Origin: Christensenella sp. UBA7588
Lineage (GTDB): Bacteria > Bacillota > Clostridia > Christensenellales > CAG-917
Length of the DNA: 64,000 nucleotides
Direction: 5' to 3'
Assembly: GCA_002478945.1 (NCBI GenBank)
Contig: DLKM01000028.1
Coordinates: 57,136-121,135 of the forward strand
Shown: positions 27,376-37,446 of the stretch, piece by piece
How the letters are laid out: every line of letters starts with the position of its first letter
Numbering within the stretch: position 1 is the first letter of the stretch
Position numbers and translations under genes: made by a program
The notes under the pieces: model-generated
The model's database searches: none
What the model was told of the DNA's origin: nothing
What the model saw: only the letters and a program-made list of their open reading frames with translations

Positions 27376-28125
27376 ATGAGAAAAATCGTTGTTACGTCCG
27401 GAAAGGGCGGAGTGGGAAAAACCACGGTTACCGCAACGCTCGGCAGAAAACTTGCGTTGCACGGATACAGAGTGGTGCTTGTCGACGGAGACGTGGGACT
27501 CAACAATCTCGACGTTGTGGCAGGCATAGAGCGCAGAGTCGTTTACGACATCGGAGACGTGCTTTCGGGCAGGTGCAGGACGTTTCAGGCACTCGTAGGA
27601 GACGGAGAAAGCCCTATGAAAATTCTTCCGTCGTCAAAAGATACGGCGTTGCTTACGGCGCAATCTTTTAGGGGAATAATCGACGGATTGAGCGAGTTCG
27701 ATTTCGTTATCGTCGATTGCCCCGCAGGTATCGAGCAAGGCTTTCACAGGGCGGTGTCGGCTTGCGACGAGGCTATCGTAGTGACCACGCCGTCGGCATC
27801 GGCAATAAGAGACGCGGACAAAGTGATACGATTGCTTGCGAGTTATCGATTGAGAGACGTGTCGCTCGTTGTCAACAGAGTACGACCGGATATGGTGCGC
27901 AGGGGAGAAATGCTCGGAGCGAGCGAGATAGGCTCTCTGCTTCACGTCGCACCTATAGGAGTGATTCCCGAGGACGATATGATAACTTTGTATCAGCAAC
28001 TCGGAGCCGTGCCGTCGGGCGCGTCGTCTGACAGGGCGTTCGACGCGCTTGCAAAGAACGTCGCGGATTGCAGCAAGGCGTTTTTCGACGTTATGCAAAG
28101 GCGTAGATTCAGGAGGTTCAGATGA
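27376..28125 (+). CDS. minD: septum site-determining ATPase MinD
   Basis: IVVTSGKGGVGKTTVTATLG deviant Walker A, VLVDGDVGLNNLD and DFVIVDCPAGIE. Confidence 0.9.
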   Translation: MRKIVVTSGKGGVGKTTVTATLGRKLALHGYRVVLVDGDVGLNNLDVVAGIERRVVYDIGDVLSGRCRTFQALVGDGESPMKILPSSKDTALLTAQSFRGIIDGLSEFDFVIVDCPAGIEQGFHRAVSACDEAIVVTTPSASAIRDADKVIRLLASYRLRDVSLVVNRVRPDMVRRGEMLGASEIGSLLHVAPIGVIPEDDMITLYQQLGAVPSGASSDRAFDALAKNVADCSKAFFDVMQRRRFRRFR

Positions 28126-28373
28126 GAGTTGACAGAAGCATCGCAAGCCGTATGCGACAAATGCTCACACACGATTGCGTGGGCGTCAAGGACGGTTTTA
28201 TGCACGCGTTGGCGGGAGACGTTCGCAATCTGTTGCGAGATTATTTCGATACGGACGGGGAAGCCTCGATAACTATCAATCAGCGAGAGGACGGGGAGTA
28301 CGACGTGAGGATAGAGGCAAAAGCCACCCGTATAAAACAATTCGATACGACTATGGATATAAAACGGTTTTGA
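28122..28373 (+). CDS. minE: probable cell-division topological specificity factor MinE (divergent)
   Basis: 83 aa, translationally coupled to minD (ATGA overlap). ASRMRQMLTHDCVG resembles the MinE ERLQ..L.HDR segment. The assignment rests largely on position. Confidence 0.6.
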   Translation: MRVDRSIASRMRQMLTHDCVGVKDGFMHALAGDVRNLLRDYFDTDGEASITINQREDGEYDVRIEAKATRIKQFDTTMDIKRF

Positions 28374-28413
28374 CGTTCTAATCTTTGCGTCTGCGACATA
28401 GAGTATATGCGAG

Positions 28414-28656
28414 GTGACAAATATGGAATTTGACGAAACCAAAAAACTCGAAGTAGAAGTGTCTCAAAATCAATTCGTAGAAACTCGCACGCGCAAAAGA
28501 CGCAATCCTTTCAAGGGCGCACTCGACGCGTTGGACATTGCCATTATCCCCGTTGCGATAGGAATTTTTGTGTCGCTCGGATTTTTGTTTGCCAACATTT
28601 TCAAGGCGACAAACGTTGTAGAGACGCTTTCCAACATATCAGGCTTTATTCGATAA
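28414..28656 (+). CDS. small membrane protein of unknown function
   Basis: About 77-80 aa with a charged N-terminus and one TM helix (IAIIPVAIGIFVSLGFLFANIF). It lies between minE and the M50 protease gene. Confidence 0.5.
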   Translation: MTNMEFDETKKLEVEVSQNQFVETRTRKRRNPFKGALDALDIAIIPVAIGIFVSLGFLFANIFKATNVVETLSNISGFIR

Positions 28657-28683
28657 AATCGTCGCAACTGCGGGTTTATCTAT

Positions 28684-29505
28684 ATGAAAATCAAGGTTAA
28701 TCCTCTGTTTTTTGCGCTTGCGCTTGCGTTGGTCGCATTCGGACACGCACTTGATTTCGTATGGACGATGCTTGCTTTATTCATTCACGAGACTGCCCAC
28801 GCCCTCGTTGCGAGGTCGCGTGGGTTCGTCGTGAAAAAACTCGTGTTGTTGCCCTACGGCGCAATGATGAGCGCAGGCGAGAGTTTCGATAAAACGTCGA
28901 GCATTTTAATCGGCGCGGCAGGTCCCGTTGCAAATATATTGTCGGCACTCGTATTGCTCGGAGTGTGGTGGTTGTTTCCCGTGTGCTATGCGTATACGGA
29001 AAAGTTTTTTTATTGCAATCTCTCGCTCGGACTTTTCAATCTGCTTCCGATATATCCTCTCGACGGCTCGAGAATGTTGCTCGGAGCAAGCAAAAACAAA
29101 CTCCGCGCGCTCAAAGGTATGCAAATCGCAGGAGTGTGCGTTTCGTTTGCGTTTTTGGCGGCGTTCGTCGCGTCTTTCTTTTTCGGGTTGAATTTCAGCT
29201 TCGGAATAATGGCGGTATTCCTCTTTTACGGCGCAACGTTCGGCACGAAAGAGGAGTCGTACGTCAGCGTTCTCGATTCGGCAAGCAAGAATTATATGCT
29301 CGGCGTAGTTAAAAAACGAGTGCAAATTTCTCAAAACGCGCCGCTTTTGAGGTTTTATCATCACGTCGGCGTTGCGAGCGATACGATTTTCGACGTTGTG
29401 GACGACGATGAAAAAGTGGTGAAAACCATTGACGAAAGAGGGCTTAAAACGCTTGCGTTAAAAAACAAATTGACCACTCCGATGAAGGATTGCAAAAACG
29501 GTTGA
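28684..29505 (+). CDS. spoIVFB: M50 site-2 metalloprotease, SpoIVFB-like (with C-terminal CBS-like region)
   Basis: HETAHALVA (HExxH within a TM helix) and NLLPIYPLDGSRML (NxxPxxxLDG). Its position after minD/minE matches Bacillus. Confidence 0.8.
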   Translation: MKIKVNPLFFALALALVAFGHALDFVWTMLALFIHETAHALVARSRGFVVKKLVLLPYGAMMSAGESFDKTSSILIGAAGPVANILSALVLLGVWWLFPVCYAYTEKFFYCNLSLGLFNLLPIYPLDGSRMLLGASKNKLRALKGMQIAGVCVSFAFLAAFVASFFFGLNFSFGIMAVFLFYGATFGTKEESYVSVLDSASKNYMLGVVKKRVQISQNAPLLRFYHHVGVASDTIFDVVDDDEKVVKTIDERGLKTLALKNKLTTPMKDCKNG

Positions 29506-29530
29506 ATCGGAACGGAGTTTATATTTGCGA

Positions 29531-29555
29531 GGCACGGTTGAAACCGTGCTTTTCT
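29531..29555 (+). terminator. rho-independent terminator
   Basis: GCACGGT tgaa ACCGTGC followed by TTTTC. Confidence 0.7.
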
Positions 29556-29583
29556 TGACATTTTAAGGTTTTTGGTGTAAAAT
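29555..29583 (+). promoter_or_regulatory. putative sigma-A promoter of the ROK kinase gene
   Basis: TTGACA (29555-29560), a 17-nt spacer, then TAAAAT (29578-29583). Confidence 0.55.
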
Positions 29584-29627
29584 CGTCTTATTATTGCAAA
29601 GTCTTTTAGACTTTGAGAGGTTTTGAT

Positions 29628-30572
29628 ATGAAATTTATCGGTATCGACATCGGCGGAATGACCATAAAGGGCGGAGTCGTGGACGAAAACGGCGTTATCT
29701 CCACGAGGAAAACCATCGTTACGTCTCCCGGAAAAGAGGACGTTCTTATCGTCAGAGATATAGCGAATCTCGTTGAGGACATAGTGGCGGCAAGCGGTCT
29801 GCAAAAAAGCGATTTTGCAGGCGTGGGACTCGGTTGCCCCGGTTCCGTTTACGACGAAAAAGGCATTGTGAGATATTCTTGCAACATCAACTTCCGCAAC
29901 ACTCCTATGGCGAGAATGCTCAAAGATATGACGGGCATTCAAAACGTAAAACTCAGCAACGACGCAAACTGCGCCGCGCTTGCCGAGACGATGTTCGGAG
30001 CAGGTAAAGGAGCCAAAAATTCCGTTATGGTCACGCTCGGTACGGGCGTAGGTACGGGCATTGTCGTGGACGGCAAGTTGCTTACGGGAAATCGCTCTGC
30101 GGGAGCGGAAGGCGGACACGTCCAAATCAATCTCGGCGGAGTTACTTGCGGATGCGGAAAGAAAGGTTGCTACGAGGCGTATGCGTCGGCAACGGCTCTT
30201 ATGAATCAGATTCAATCAGCTTGCGAAAAGCATCCCGAAAGTCTTTTGGCACGCGAGGTCGAAGAAAACGGAATTAACGGAAAAGTGGTGTTCGATTGCG
30301 CAAAACAAGGAGATAAAACCTCGATTGCGGTGGTAAAACGCTATATCAAATACGTCGGAGTGGGGCTTGTGAACTTTGCAAACGTGTTCTTCCCCGAAGT
30401 TATGATTATAGGCGGAGGCATATCGAACCAAGGAGACAACATCATAAAACCGCTTCAAAGATACGTTTCGAGAAACGTGTACGGAGCAGTCTACAGCCCC
30501 AAAATCAAGGTGGTGGCGGCAACACTCCGCAACGACGCGGGAATAATCGGCGCGGCTGCGCTTTGTATGTGA
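29628..30572 (+). CDS. glcK: ROK-family glucokinase
   Basis: FIGIDIGGMTIKGGVVD, NDANCAALAE, and the Zn motif GHVQINLGGVTCGCGKKGCYEAY. RBS GAGAGG upstream. Confidence 0.88.
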   Translation: MKFIGIDIGGMTIKGGVVDENGVISTRKTIVTSPGKEDVLIVRDIANLVEDIVAASGLQKSDFAGVGLGCPGSVYDEKGIVRYSCNINFRNTPMARMLKDMTGIQNVKLSNDANCAALAETMFGAGKGAKNSVMVTLGTGVGTGIVVDGKLLTGNRSAGAEGGHVQINLGGVTCGCGKKGCYEAYASATALMNQIQSACEKHPESLLAREVEENGINGKVVFDCAKQGDKTSIAVVKRYIKYVGVGLVNFANVFFPEVMIIGGGISNQGDNIIKPLQRYVSRNVYGAVYSPKIKVVAATLRNDAGIIGAAALCM

Positions 30573-30573
30573 T

Positions 30574-32340
30574 ATGGCAGATTATAAAGATAAATTCGAA
30601 AGCATTTTGCTCGACGTCGAGAAGCCTGCGAGATATGCGGGCGGAGAGTGGAACACTCCCGATATGACGGACAGAGCCAACGGGGACGTGGCGTTTTGTT
30701 TTCCTGAATTGTACGAGATAGGAATGAGCAATCTCGGCGTCGCGATTTTGTACGACGTCATCAACAAAACTTCGGGTTACGTCTCGGAAAGGTGTTACGC
30801 ACCTGCTCCCGACCTCGCGCAAAAACTCAGAGAAAACGATATTCCGCTTCTTTCGCTCGAGACGAGAAAGCCTCTCAAAGATTTTGACGTGGTTGCTTTT
30901 TCCGTAGGCTTCGAGCTTTTATTTACCAACGTGCTTTATATGCTCGATTTGGCAAGAATCCCGTTCAGAGCAAAAGACAGAGACGAGTCTTATCCGATGC
31001 TTATCGCAGGCGGTCCTTGCTCGGTAAATCCCGAGCCGTTTGCCGACTTTTTCGACGTAATCGTCGTAGGCGAAGGGGAAGAATCCGACATCGCTATCGT
31101 AAAGGTTATTTGCGAGGGCAGACGTAAAGGCTTGAGCAAAACGGAGATTTTGCAACAAATAAAGGGAATGGAAGGCGCGTACGTCCCGAGTCTGCACAAG
31201 GACGGAGAAAAAGTGGTTAAAGCCGTCGTGCAGGACTTTGAAAACTGTTCCTATCCCACAAAACCGCTCGTAGCGAATATCGAGGCGGTACACGACAGAG
31301 CTACGCTGGAACTTTACAGAGGCTGCGCAAGCGGTTGCAGATTTTGTCAGGCAGGCTTCTGGTATCGTCCGATAAGAGAGAGAAGCGCGAAAAAATGCGC
31401 CGAACTTGCCAAAGAGATTATAGACAATACGGGTTTTGCCGAGATTTCGCTTTGCTCGCTATCCACAAGCGATTATACGGGACTCGAGGAACTTGAAAGC
31501 GAACTCGGAGAATACTGCAAACAACGCCGTATCAATTTGTCTTTGCCCAGCTTGCGTATAAGCAGTTTCAAACCTGATATGGCAAACAATTCCCGAAGAA
31601 GCTCGCTCACTTTCGCGCCCGAGGCAGGCACGCAAAGATTGCGCAACGTCATAAACAAAAACGTCAGCGAGGAAGAAATCGAAAAAATCGCAATCGCTTT
31701 CGAGGCGGGCTACGACAGCATAAAACTCTATTTTATGATGGGACTTCCCACCGAAACGGACGAGGATATTGCAGGAATTGCCGAGATTTGCAAAAAACTC
31801 AAATCGATGTATTGGCAAAAGCGCAGTAAGAGAGGTTTGAACATCTCCGTCAGTTGCGCGGTGTTCATTCCAAAACCCGGTACGCCTTTTCAATGGGAAG
31901 CGCAAATATCTTACGACGAAATGGTGCGTCGTCAAAACTATCTGAGAGGACTGTTGCGAGAGATTAAGGGCGTAACGTTCTCGTGGCACGGCGCGGAAAC
32001 TTCCGTACTCGAAGCCGCTCTTGCAAGAGGAGATAAAAAACTGTCTTACGTCATCGAGCGAGCCTACGAGTTGGGCGCAAAATTCGACGGTTGGTCGGAG
32101 CATTTCAAGTGGAACGTGTGGCAAAAGGCTTTTGACGATTGCGGCTTGAAAATGGAAGATTATTACGGCGCAATCGACGTAAACAAGGATTTGCCGTGGG
32201 ACTTTATAGACTCGGGCGTGTCCAAAAAGTATTTGCTCAAACAGCGCGAACTTGCGTATAAGGGTATTACCACAAAAAGTTGCAGAGAAGGTTGCAACGG
32301 TTGCGGCGCAAATAAACTCGGGAGATGCACGATATGTTAG
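30574..32340 (+). CDS. B12-binding-domain radical SAM protein (TIGR03960-like)
   Basis: The RGCASGCRFCQAG radical-SAM cluster motif, an N-terminal B12-binding-like region, and 588 aa length. It is followed by its usual DUF2344 partner. Confidence 0.8.
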   Translation: MADYKDKFESILLDVEKPARYAGGEWNTPDMTDRANGDVAFCFPELYEIGMSNLGVAILYDVINKTSGYVSERCYAPAPDLAQKLRENDIPLLSLETRKPLKDFDVVAFSVGFELLFTNVLYMLDLARIPFRAKDRDESYPMLIAGGPCSVNPEPFADFFDVIVVGEGEESDIAIVKVICEGRRKGLSKTEILQQIKGMEGAYVPSLHKDGEKVVKAVVQDFENCSYPTKPLVANIEAVHDRATLELYRGCASGCRFCQAGFWYRPIRERSAKKCAELAKEIIDNTGFAEISLCSLSTSDYTGLEELESELGEYCKQRRINLSLPSLRISSFKPDMANNSRRSSLTFAPEAGTQRLRNVINKNVSEEEIEKIAIAFEAGYDSIKLYFMMGLPTETDEDIAGIAEICKKLKSMYWQKRSKRGLNISVSCAVFIPKPGTPFQWEAQISYDEMVRRQNYLRGLLREIKGVTFSWHGAETSVLEAALARGDKKLSYVIERAYELGAKFDGWSEHFKWNVWQKAFDDCGLKMEDYYGAIDVNKDLPWDFIDSGVSKKYLLKQRELAYKGITTKSCREGCNGCGANKLGRCTIC

Positions 32341-32966
32341 TTTTCAAATATCAAAAAACGGGCAGTATGTGCTTTATCTCTCACATAGATTTGCTTCGTC
32401 ACGCAGACCGTATTATTCGCAGAGCGAAAATAACCGTAAAGTTTTCGCAAGGTTTCAATCCACATCCGCTGTTGTTCTTCTCTCCGCCGTTGTCGCTCGG
32501 AGTCGCCTCCGACGCCGAATATCTGACGATTGACAGCGATATGGACGCGCAGGAAGCTCTTTGCAGATTCAACGGAGCCGTACCCGACACGCTGAAAGCA
32601 AGCAGAGTTTTCGTGTGCGGAAAGAATCCGAATTTGCAGGCAAAAGTCGTATGCGCCGATTACGTTTTTCCCGTAGGGTATACGGATATAGACGTTTCGG
32701 GCGGATTTGAAATAGAATATTCCAAAAAAGGAGAAATCGTAAAAGAGGACGTATCCGACAAGATATACGCCGTTTTCGATAAAGACGGCAAACTTGCGAT
32801 GCGTCTTGCAAGCGGAGGCCGCAATTTGCGCCCCGACAGAATTCTCGACAGGTTGAGCGAGATTGTCGGACAAAAAATTGCGCTCGGCGGAGTGGTAAAA
32901 ACCGCTCAATACGTCGACGTCGACGGCAAACTCGTTGACGCGGACGAGTTTTTGCAGACGGTGTAA
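32334..32966 (+). CDS. radical SAM-associated protein (TIGR03936 / DUF2344-like)
   Basis: FKYQKTGSMCFISHIDLLRHADRIIRRA...QGFNPHP is the typical N-terminus. It overlaps the upstream stop. Confidence 0.75.
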   Translation: MLVFKYQKTGSMCFISHIDLLRHADRIIRRAKITVKFSQGFNPHPLLFFSPPLSLGVASDAEYLTIDSDMDAQEALCRFNGAVPDTLKASRVFVCGKNPNLQAKVVCADYVFPVGYTDIDVSGGFEIEYSKKGEIVKEDVSDKIYAVFDKDGKLAMRLASGGRNLRPDRILDRLSEIVGQKIALGGVVKTAQYVDVDGKLVDADEFLQTV

Positions 32967-33010
32967 AAGCCGCAAACCATTATCCGATATTAAATTTTAA
33001 GGATATATAA

Positions 33011-34504
33011 ATGAAACAACTTGTATTGGACTACACGCCTTTCTGCACGCGCGCCGCGTTGGTGGAGGACGGAGAGATGATTGATTTTTCCGTCGAAAGA
33101 GCGAGCGTGAGAGGTATCGTGGGCAACGTTTACAAAGGTAAGGTGGAAAACGTATTAGGAGGGATGCAAGCCGCCTTTGTAAACATCGGCGAGGAAAGAA
33201 ACGGCTTTCTGTACACGGGAGATACACCCTCGGAAAGCAGAGATTCCGGCAATCAGTTGCATAATAAGCGTATGCGCCTATCCGCAGGAGACGTTATTAT
33301 GTGTCAGGTGGTCAAAGATTCGTTCGGGCAGAAGGGAGCAAGGCTCACGACGGACGTGTCTTTGCCCGGTTATTACGTTATTCTGTTGCCGACGTCGACG
33401 TTTTTCGGCGTTTCGAGAAAAATCGAAAACGGATACAGACGAGCATATCTCGAAGATTTCGTCAAGTCGGTATGTCCCGAGGGAATGGGCTGTATAATTC
33501 GTTCCGCCGCAAAAAACGCAAAAGACAACGATATTCGACGAGAGATAGATTCTCTTGCAGAGTTGTGGCAAAGAATACTTCGGGATTATAAAAAAGCGGA
33601 CGAGAAAACTTTGGTTTTCGAGGACGCAAGCCTTTTTGAAAGGGCGTTGAGAGAGACATTCAGCGAGGACGTAGACAAAGTCGTGGTCAACGACGAACAA
33701 ATCGCAAAAATCCTCGAAGGCAAGGTCGGAAACGCAAAATGCGAAGTGTACGAGGGCGACCGCAATATAATGCGTTACTTCGGCATAGATAAGCAAATCA
33801 ACCATTTGTGCGACCAAAAAGTGTGCTTCGGCTCGGGTGCGTACATCGTGATAGACAAAACGGAAGCCCTTACCGTGATTGACGTAAATACGGGCAAATT
33901 CGTAGGTTCGAGCGACCTCGAGGATACCGTTTATAAGACAAATCTTGCGGCAACCGAGTGTATTGCAAGGCAACTTCGCATACGCAATATAAGCGGAATC
34001 GTGATTATAGACTTTATAGATATGCAGTCGCAGGCTCACAGAGACAGCGTACTCGAAGCGTTGCAGAACGCCTTGAAAAAAGACAGAATGAAAACTTCAA
34101 CGGTTGGAATGACCGCTCTCGGACTCGTGGAATTGACGAGGAAAAGGACAAGGCTTCCTCTCGACGACTTTATGTTGCAACCGTGCGACAACTGCTCGGG
34201 AGGTTTCGTCACGAGCGACGCACAACTTGCGTTTATGCTAAGAGACGACCTCGTGGACTTCATTTTGGGCAATAGGAGCGACGTTATATACGTCGGCGCA
34301 AATCCTCAAATCGTAGATATGATTTTCGAAAGCAGGATTTTGCAAAATCGCATAAAAAGAGATTGGGAGGGTAAGCACATATTCTTCTATGCGGACGAAA
34401 ACATTCCCAGAGAAAAGTGGAATATTTCCGCAGAAAGACCGCAAGGACAACCTACATATTCTCGTATCCTCACGGATGAAAGCGAAAACGAATGCGATAA
34501 TTAA
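33011..34504 (+). CDS. rng: ribonuclease G/E family (Rng/CafA-like)
   Basis: S1 domain GNVYKGKVENVLGGMQAAFVNIGEERNGFLY, and the catalytic region IVIDKTEALTVIDVNTGKFVG...GIVIIDFIDM. Confidence 0.88.
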   Translation: MKQLVLDYTPFCTRAALVEDGEMIDFSVERASVRGIVGNVYKGKVENVLGGMQAAFVNIGEERNGFLYTGDTPSESRDSGNQLHNKRMRLSAGDVIMCQVVKDSFGQKGARLTTDVSLPGYYVILLPTSTFFGVSRKIENGYRRAYLEDFVKSVCPEGMGCIIRSAAKNAKDNDIRREIDSLAELWQRILRDYKKADEKTLVFEDASLFERALRETFSEDVDKVVVNDEQIAKILEGKVGNAKCEVYEGDRNIMRYFGIDKQINHLCDQKVCFGSGAYIVIDKTEALTVIDVNTGKFVGSSDLEDTVYKTNLAATECIARQLRIRNISGIVIIDFIDMQSQAHRDSVLEALQNALKKDRMKTSTVGMTALGLVELTRKRTRLPLDDFMLQPCDNCSGGFVTSDAQLAFMLRDDLVDFILGNRSDVIYVGANPQIVDMIFESRILQNRIKRDWEGKHIFFYADENIPREKWNISAERPQGQPTYSRILTDESENECDN

Positions 34505-34618
34505 GTTATGAGACGAAAACGTCTCACGACACAATATATAATCGTATCGTCGGACATCGAGATATTGGCGGTTGCAAAGACTCGGTTTGTATGATAGAAT
34601 ATTGCAAAGAAGGCGCTT

Positions 34619-35593
34619 ATGAAACAATGGCACATAAACAAAGACGAAGTCGCATTGGTCGAAAGAGCAGTTGCGAGAGAAGACGGACAGGTCAAAGTGA
34701 AGATTTCCAAAGTTGCGGTATCTTCGGCAGACCTGTGCCATCTTTCGGCGTGCGATAAGGATACGGCTATAGTACCGGGACACTCCGCTGTGGCGTATGT
34801 GTCCGAAGCGGACGAGGACAGCGGTCTCAAACTCGGCTCGAGAGTGGTTATAAGCCCGTACGTTACGAGAAACGAACACGGTATCGACGTAATAAAGACT
34901 ATGGGCGTCGACGTTGACGGATTGTTGAGCGATTTCGTTTGCGTTCCGCTCGAGAACGTATTTGCGCTCCCCGACGGAGTGGGCGACGAGGACGCCGTGT
35001 TTGCGGAATACATCGCAATGGGCAACAACGTGTTCGAAGCACTCGATTGCGACAAGGGAGATTACGTCGTAATAGTCGGCGCAAGTACGCTCGGACTTAT
35101 CATATCGCAACTTGCGTTGTACTATCAGATAGTTCCCGTCCTCATCGATATGGATTCGGACAAACTCGCGTTGGCTCAAAAATGGGGCGTTGCGTACACA
35201 CTCAATCCCACCTACGATAATCTTGAACGCAGAGTGGAAGAAATTACGGGCGGTCGTATGAGCGAGGGCGCAATTTTTGCAGGCGAAAGCGTAGACGTAA
35301 ATTCTGCAATTCGTCTCGTCAAAAACGAGGGAGACGTGGTTATAGCAGGATATGCCACGCGTGCAAAACACGCTGTAGACGCATACTCCATTCTTAAAAA
35401 ACAACTCAAACTCAAAGGCGTATGCAACGGAGACGGAGAGATGTCGTCGGCAATCAATCTCTTGGCAAACAAGGCGGTCAAGACGGACGGCATTATCAGT
35501 ACGACTGCAAATTTCGACGAAATTCCGCAAGTCGTGGAAAACTGTGTGAAATACCCCTATCAGTACGGCAAGATTTTGATAGACTGCGATTGA
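34619..35593 (+). CDS. medium-chain dehydrogenase/reductase (zinc-type alcohol/polyol dehydrogenase family)
   Basis: GroES-like N-terminal domain (VKVKISKVAVSSADL..PGHSAVAYV) and a Rossmann region VVIVGASTLGLI. Confidence 0.7.
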   Translation: MKQWHINKDEVALVERAVAREDGQVKVKISKVAVSSADLCHLSACDKDTAIVPGHSAVAYVSEADEDSGLKLGSRVVISPYVTRNEHGIDVIKTMGVDVDGLLSDFVCVPLENVFALPDGVGDEDAVFAEYIAMGNNVFEALDCDKGDYVVIVGASTLGLIISQLALYYQIVPVLIDMDSDKLALAQKWGVAYTLNPTYDNLERRVEEITGGRMSEGAIFAGESVDVNSAIRLVKNEGDVVIAGYATRAKHAVDAYSILKKQLKLKGVCNGDGEMSSAINLLANKAVKTDGIISTTANFDEIPQVVENCVKYPYQYGKILIDCD

Positions 35594-35611
35594 TTTTGAT
35601 TTTTAGTAATG

Positions 35612-35640
35612 AAAGCGACGCTCGAGCGTCGCTTTTTCTT
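35612..35640 (+). terminator. rho-independent terminator
   Basis: AGCGACGC tcga GCGTCGCT followed by TTTTTC. Confidence 0.85.
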
Positions 35641-35834
35641 TGCGATTAAATCGGTGTGAGCGTTTGACTCGTTTTATCGCTCAATTTTCATAATAAACAC
35701 TTTATATGAGCGATTAGAACAGATAAACGTTGTATATTGCGATATTAAGATAAGAATTTGCAAACGCCGTGCCGACTCAAATTATCTCGATTTTTCGACA
35801 AATTTCGATAGGAAAAGAACTAAAAATATAAAAC

Positions 35835-35864
35835 TTGATTATTATACGCGTCGTGTGTTACAAT
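35835..35864 (+). promoter_or_regulatory. putative sigma-A promoter
   Basis: TTGATT (35835-35840), an 18-nt spacer, then TACAAT (35859-35864) preceded by TGT (extended -10). Confidence 0.5.
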
Positions 35865-35897
35865 AAGACAGACCGAAAACGGGGAGAGTAGGTGCTT

Positions 35898-37328
35898 ATG
35901 AAAAAATTGAAAGCGCAGTCCGAGTCCGTGTTGACGAAGGCGCGCGATTTTCTCTACACGGATATATACATTTTGACGGTACTCGCTATCGTTTTTATTG
36001 CGTGGGTTACGCAATTCGCGACTTTCGGTTTTGTCGCGTTGATAGCAATCTCCTGCGTGGCTTTGGTTTTGTCCGACGACATTCTTCCGCTTACGGTAAA
36101 TATTTTCGGCGCGGTGCTTATGATATACAAAGGCTCCGTTGCCGAGTATGTATATTTGTGGCCGACGCTTATTCCGCTCGGCGTTGCGATAATCGTTTTT
36201 ATCGTCCGCAATTTCAAGAAACGTATGACGTTCGGCAAAATGTTTTTGCCGCAACTTGCCGTATCTTGCGCTTTGCTTTTAGGCGGTATAGGCGTGGTGT
36301 CCTCGGAGAGATACCTCGTCGCTTTGCCGATTTCGATTGCTCTCGGATTCGGCGTATTGGCGGTTTATTTGCTTTACGCCAACTTTTTCAACAGACAGAG
36401 AAAGACGGACGTCGGCGCGTACTTTGCAAAAGTTATGTCGTATATCGGCATAGTCGTCGGACTTGAACTTATCGTGGCAATCGTTCGCAGCAATCTTTCT
36501 TCGGGACAATGGAGCGGAGCGTATTTCGACGTAGGTTGGGGCAATCGCAACAATATCGCCACATATCTTTTGTTTGCCGCGCCGTTCAGCATATATTTGT
36601 CCACGCGCAAAAAACACGGATGGATATACGTCTTGCTTTCGGCGTTTCAATACGCCTGCCTTATTATGACTCTGTCGAGAGGAGGCATTTTGTGCGGATT
36701 TATCGCAGGATTGTTTGCTCTTGTATTCAGCATCGTGAAAGCTCCCGACAGAAGAAAACAAGCCGTGTATTGGGTGTGCGTATTTGTCGCAATAGGTATG
36801 CTTGCCGCAATTTTCCACGATTGGGTGGGTGGCGTGTTCGACAGCCTTATGACGAGAGTCAAGGTGGACGGAGACGTCTCGTCGGGCAGATTTGAATTGT
36901 ATAAAGAGGCTTGGTCGTTGTTCAAAAAATACCCGTTTGCAGGCGCAGGAATGGGATACAACGGTTACAACGCGGGTATGCTCAACGATATGGGACTTTA
37001 TTGGTTCCATTCCACGGTATTTCAGATTCTCGGTTGCCTCGGCATCGTCGGCGTTCTTGCTTACGTTTGGTTCTACGTCAAGAGAATCCTCATTTTCGCA
37101 AAGAAGGCAAAGAGCGGTTTTGCGCTGTTCGTGTTTGCCGCTTGGTTCGGATTCGAGGGCTATTCGCTCATCGACACAGGCACGATGTCGCCTTATCCTT
37201 TTATGATGCTCGTCATAGTCACTACGTTTTTGCTCGAAGTTGCCGACGATACTAATTACGAAACCGTCGTGGGCGGAGTTCCGAAACGATTGTATGACGG
37301 CGCAACTTACGTCAGACAAACGTTTTGA
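35898..37328 (+). CDS. O-antigen ligase (Wzy_C)-like polytopic membrane protein
   Basis: About 12 TM segments. LIMTLSRGGILCGFIAGLFAL and the following loop (GRFELYKEAWSLF...GAGMG) fit the O-antigen ligase/polymerase family. Confidence 0.7.
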   Translation: MKKLKAQSESVLTKARDFLYTDIYILTVLAIVFIAWVTQFATFGFVALIAISCVALVLSDDILPLTVNIFGAVLMIYKGSVAEYVYLWPTLIPLGVAIIVFIVRNFKKRMTFGKMFLPQLAVSCALLLGGIGVVSSERYLVALPISIALGFGVLAVYLLYANFFNRQRKTDVGAYFAKVMSYIGIVVGLELIVAIVRSNLSSGQWSGAYFDVGWGNRNNIATYLLFAAPFSIYLSTRKKHGWIYVLLSAFQYACLIMTLSRGGILCGFIAGLFALVFSIVKAPDRRKQAVYWVCVFVAIGMLAAIFHDWVGGVFDSLMTRVKVDGDVSSGRFELYKEAWSLFKKYPFAGAGMGYNGYNAGMLNDMGLYWFHSTVFQILGCLGIVGVLAYVWFYVKRILIFAKKAKSGFALFVFAAWFGFEGYSLIDTGTMSPYPFMMLVIVTTFLLEVADDTNYETVVGGVPKRLYDGATYVRQTF

Positions 37329-37394
37329 GAAGCGGCAAAAAGCGGCCGTCATCGAATAGTAGCAAAAGCCTGCGATAAAATATCGACAAATAAA

Positions 37395-37431
37395 AGCCCC
37401 CCGTGCAAATTGCTCGGGGGTTTGCTTTTTT
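37395..37431. terminator. bidirectional rho-independent terminator
   Basis: CCCCCG (37398-37403) pairs with CGGGGG (37415-37420). There is an A-run upstream and TTTGCTTTTTT downstream, between convergent genes. Confidence 0.75.
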
Positions 37432-37446
37432 GAAACGAATAAGCGA

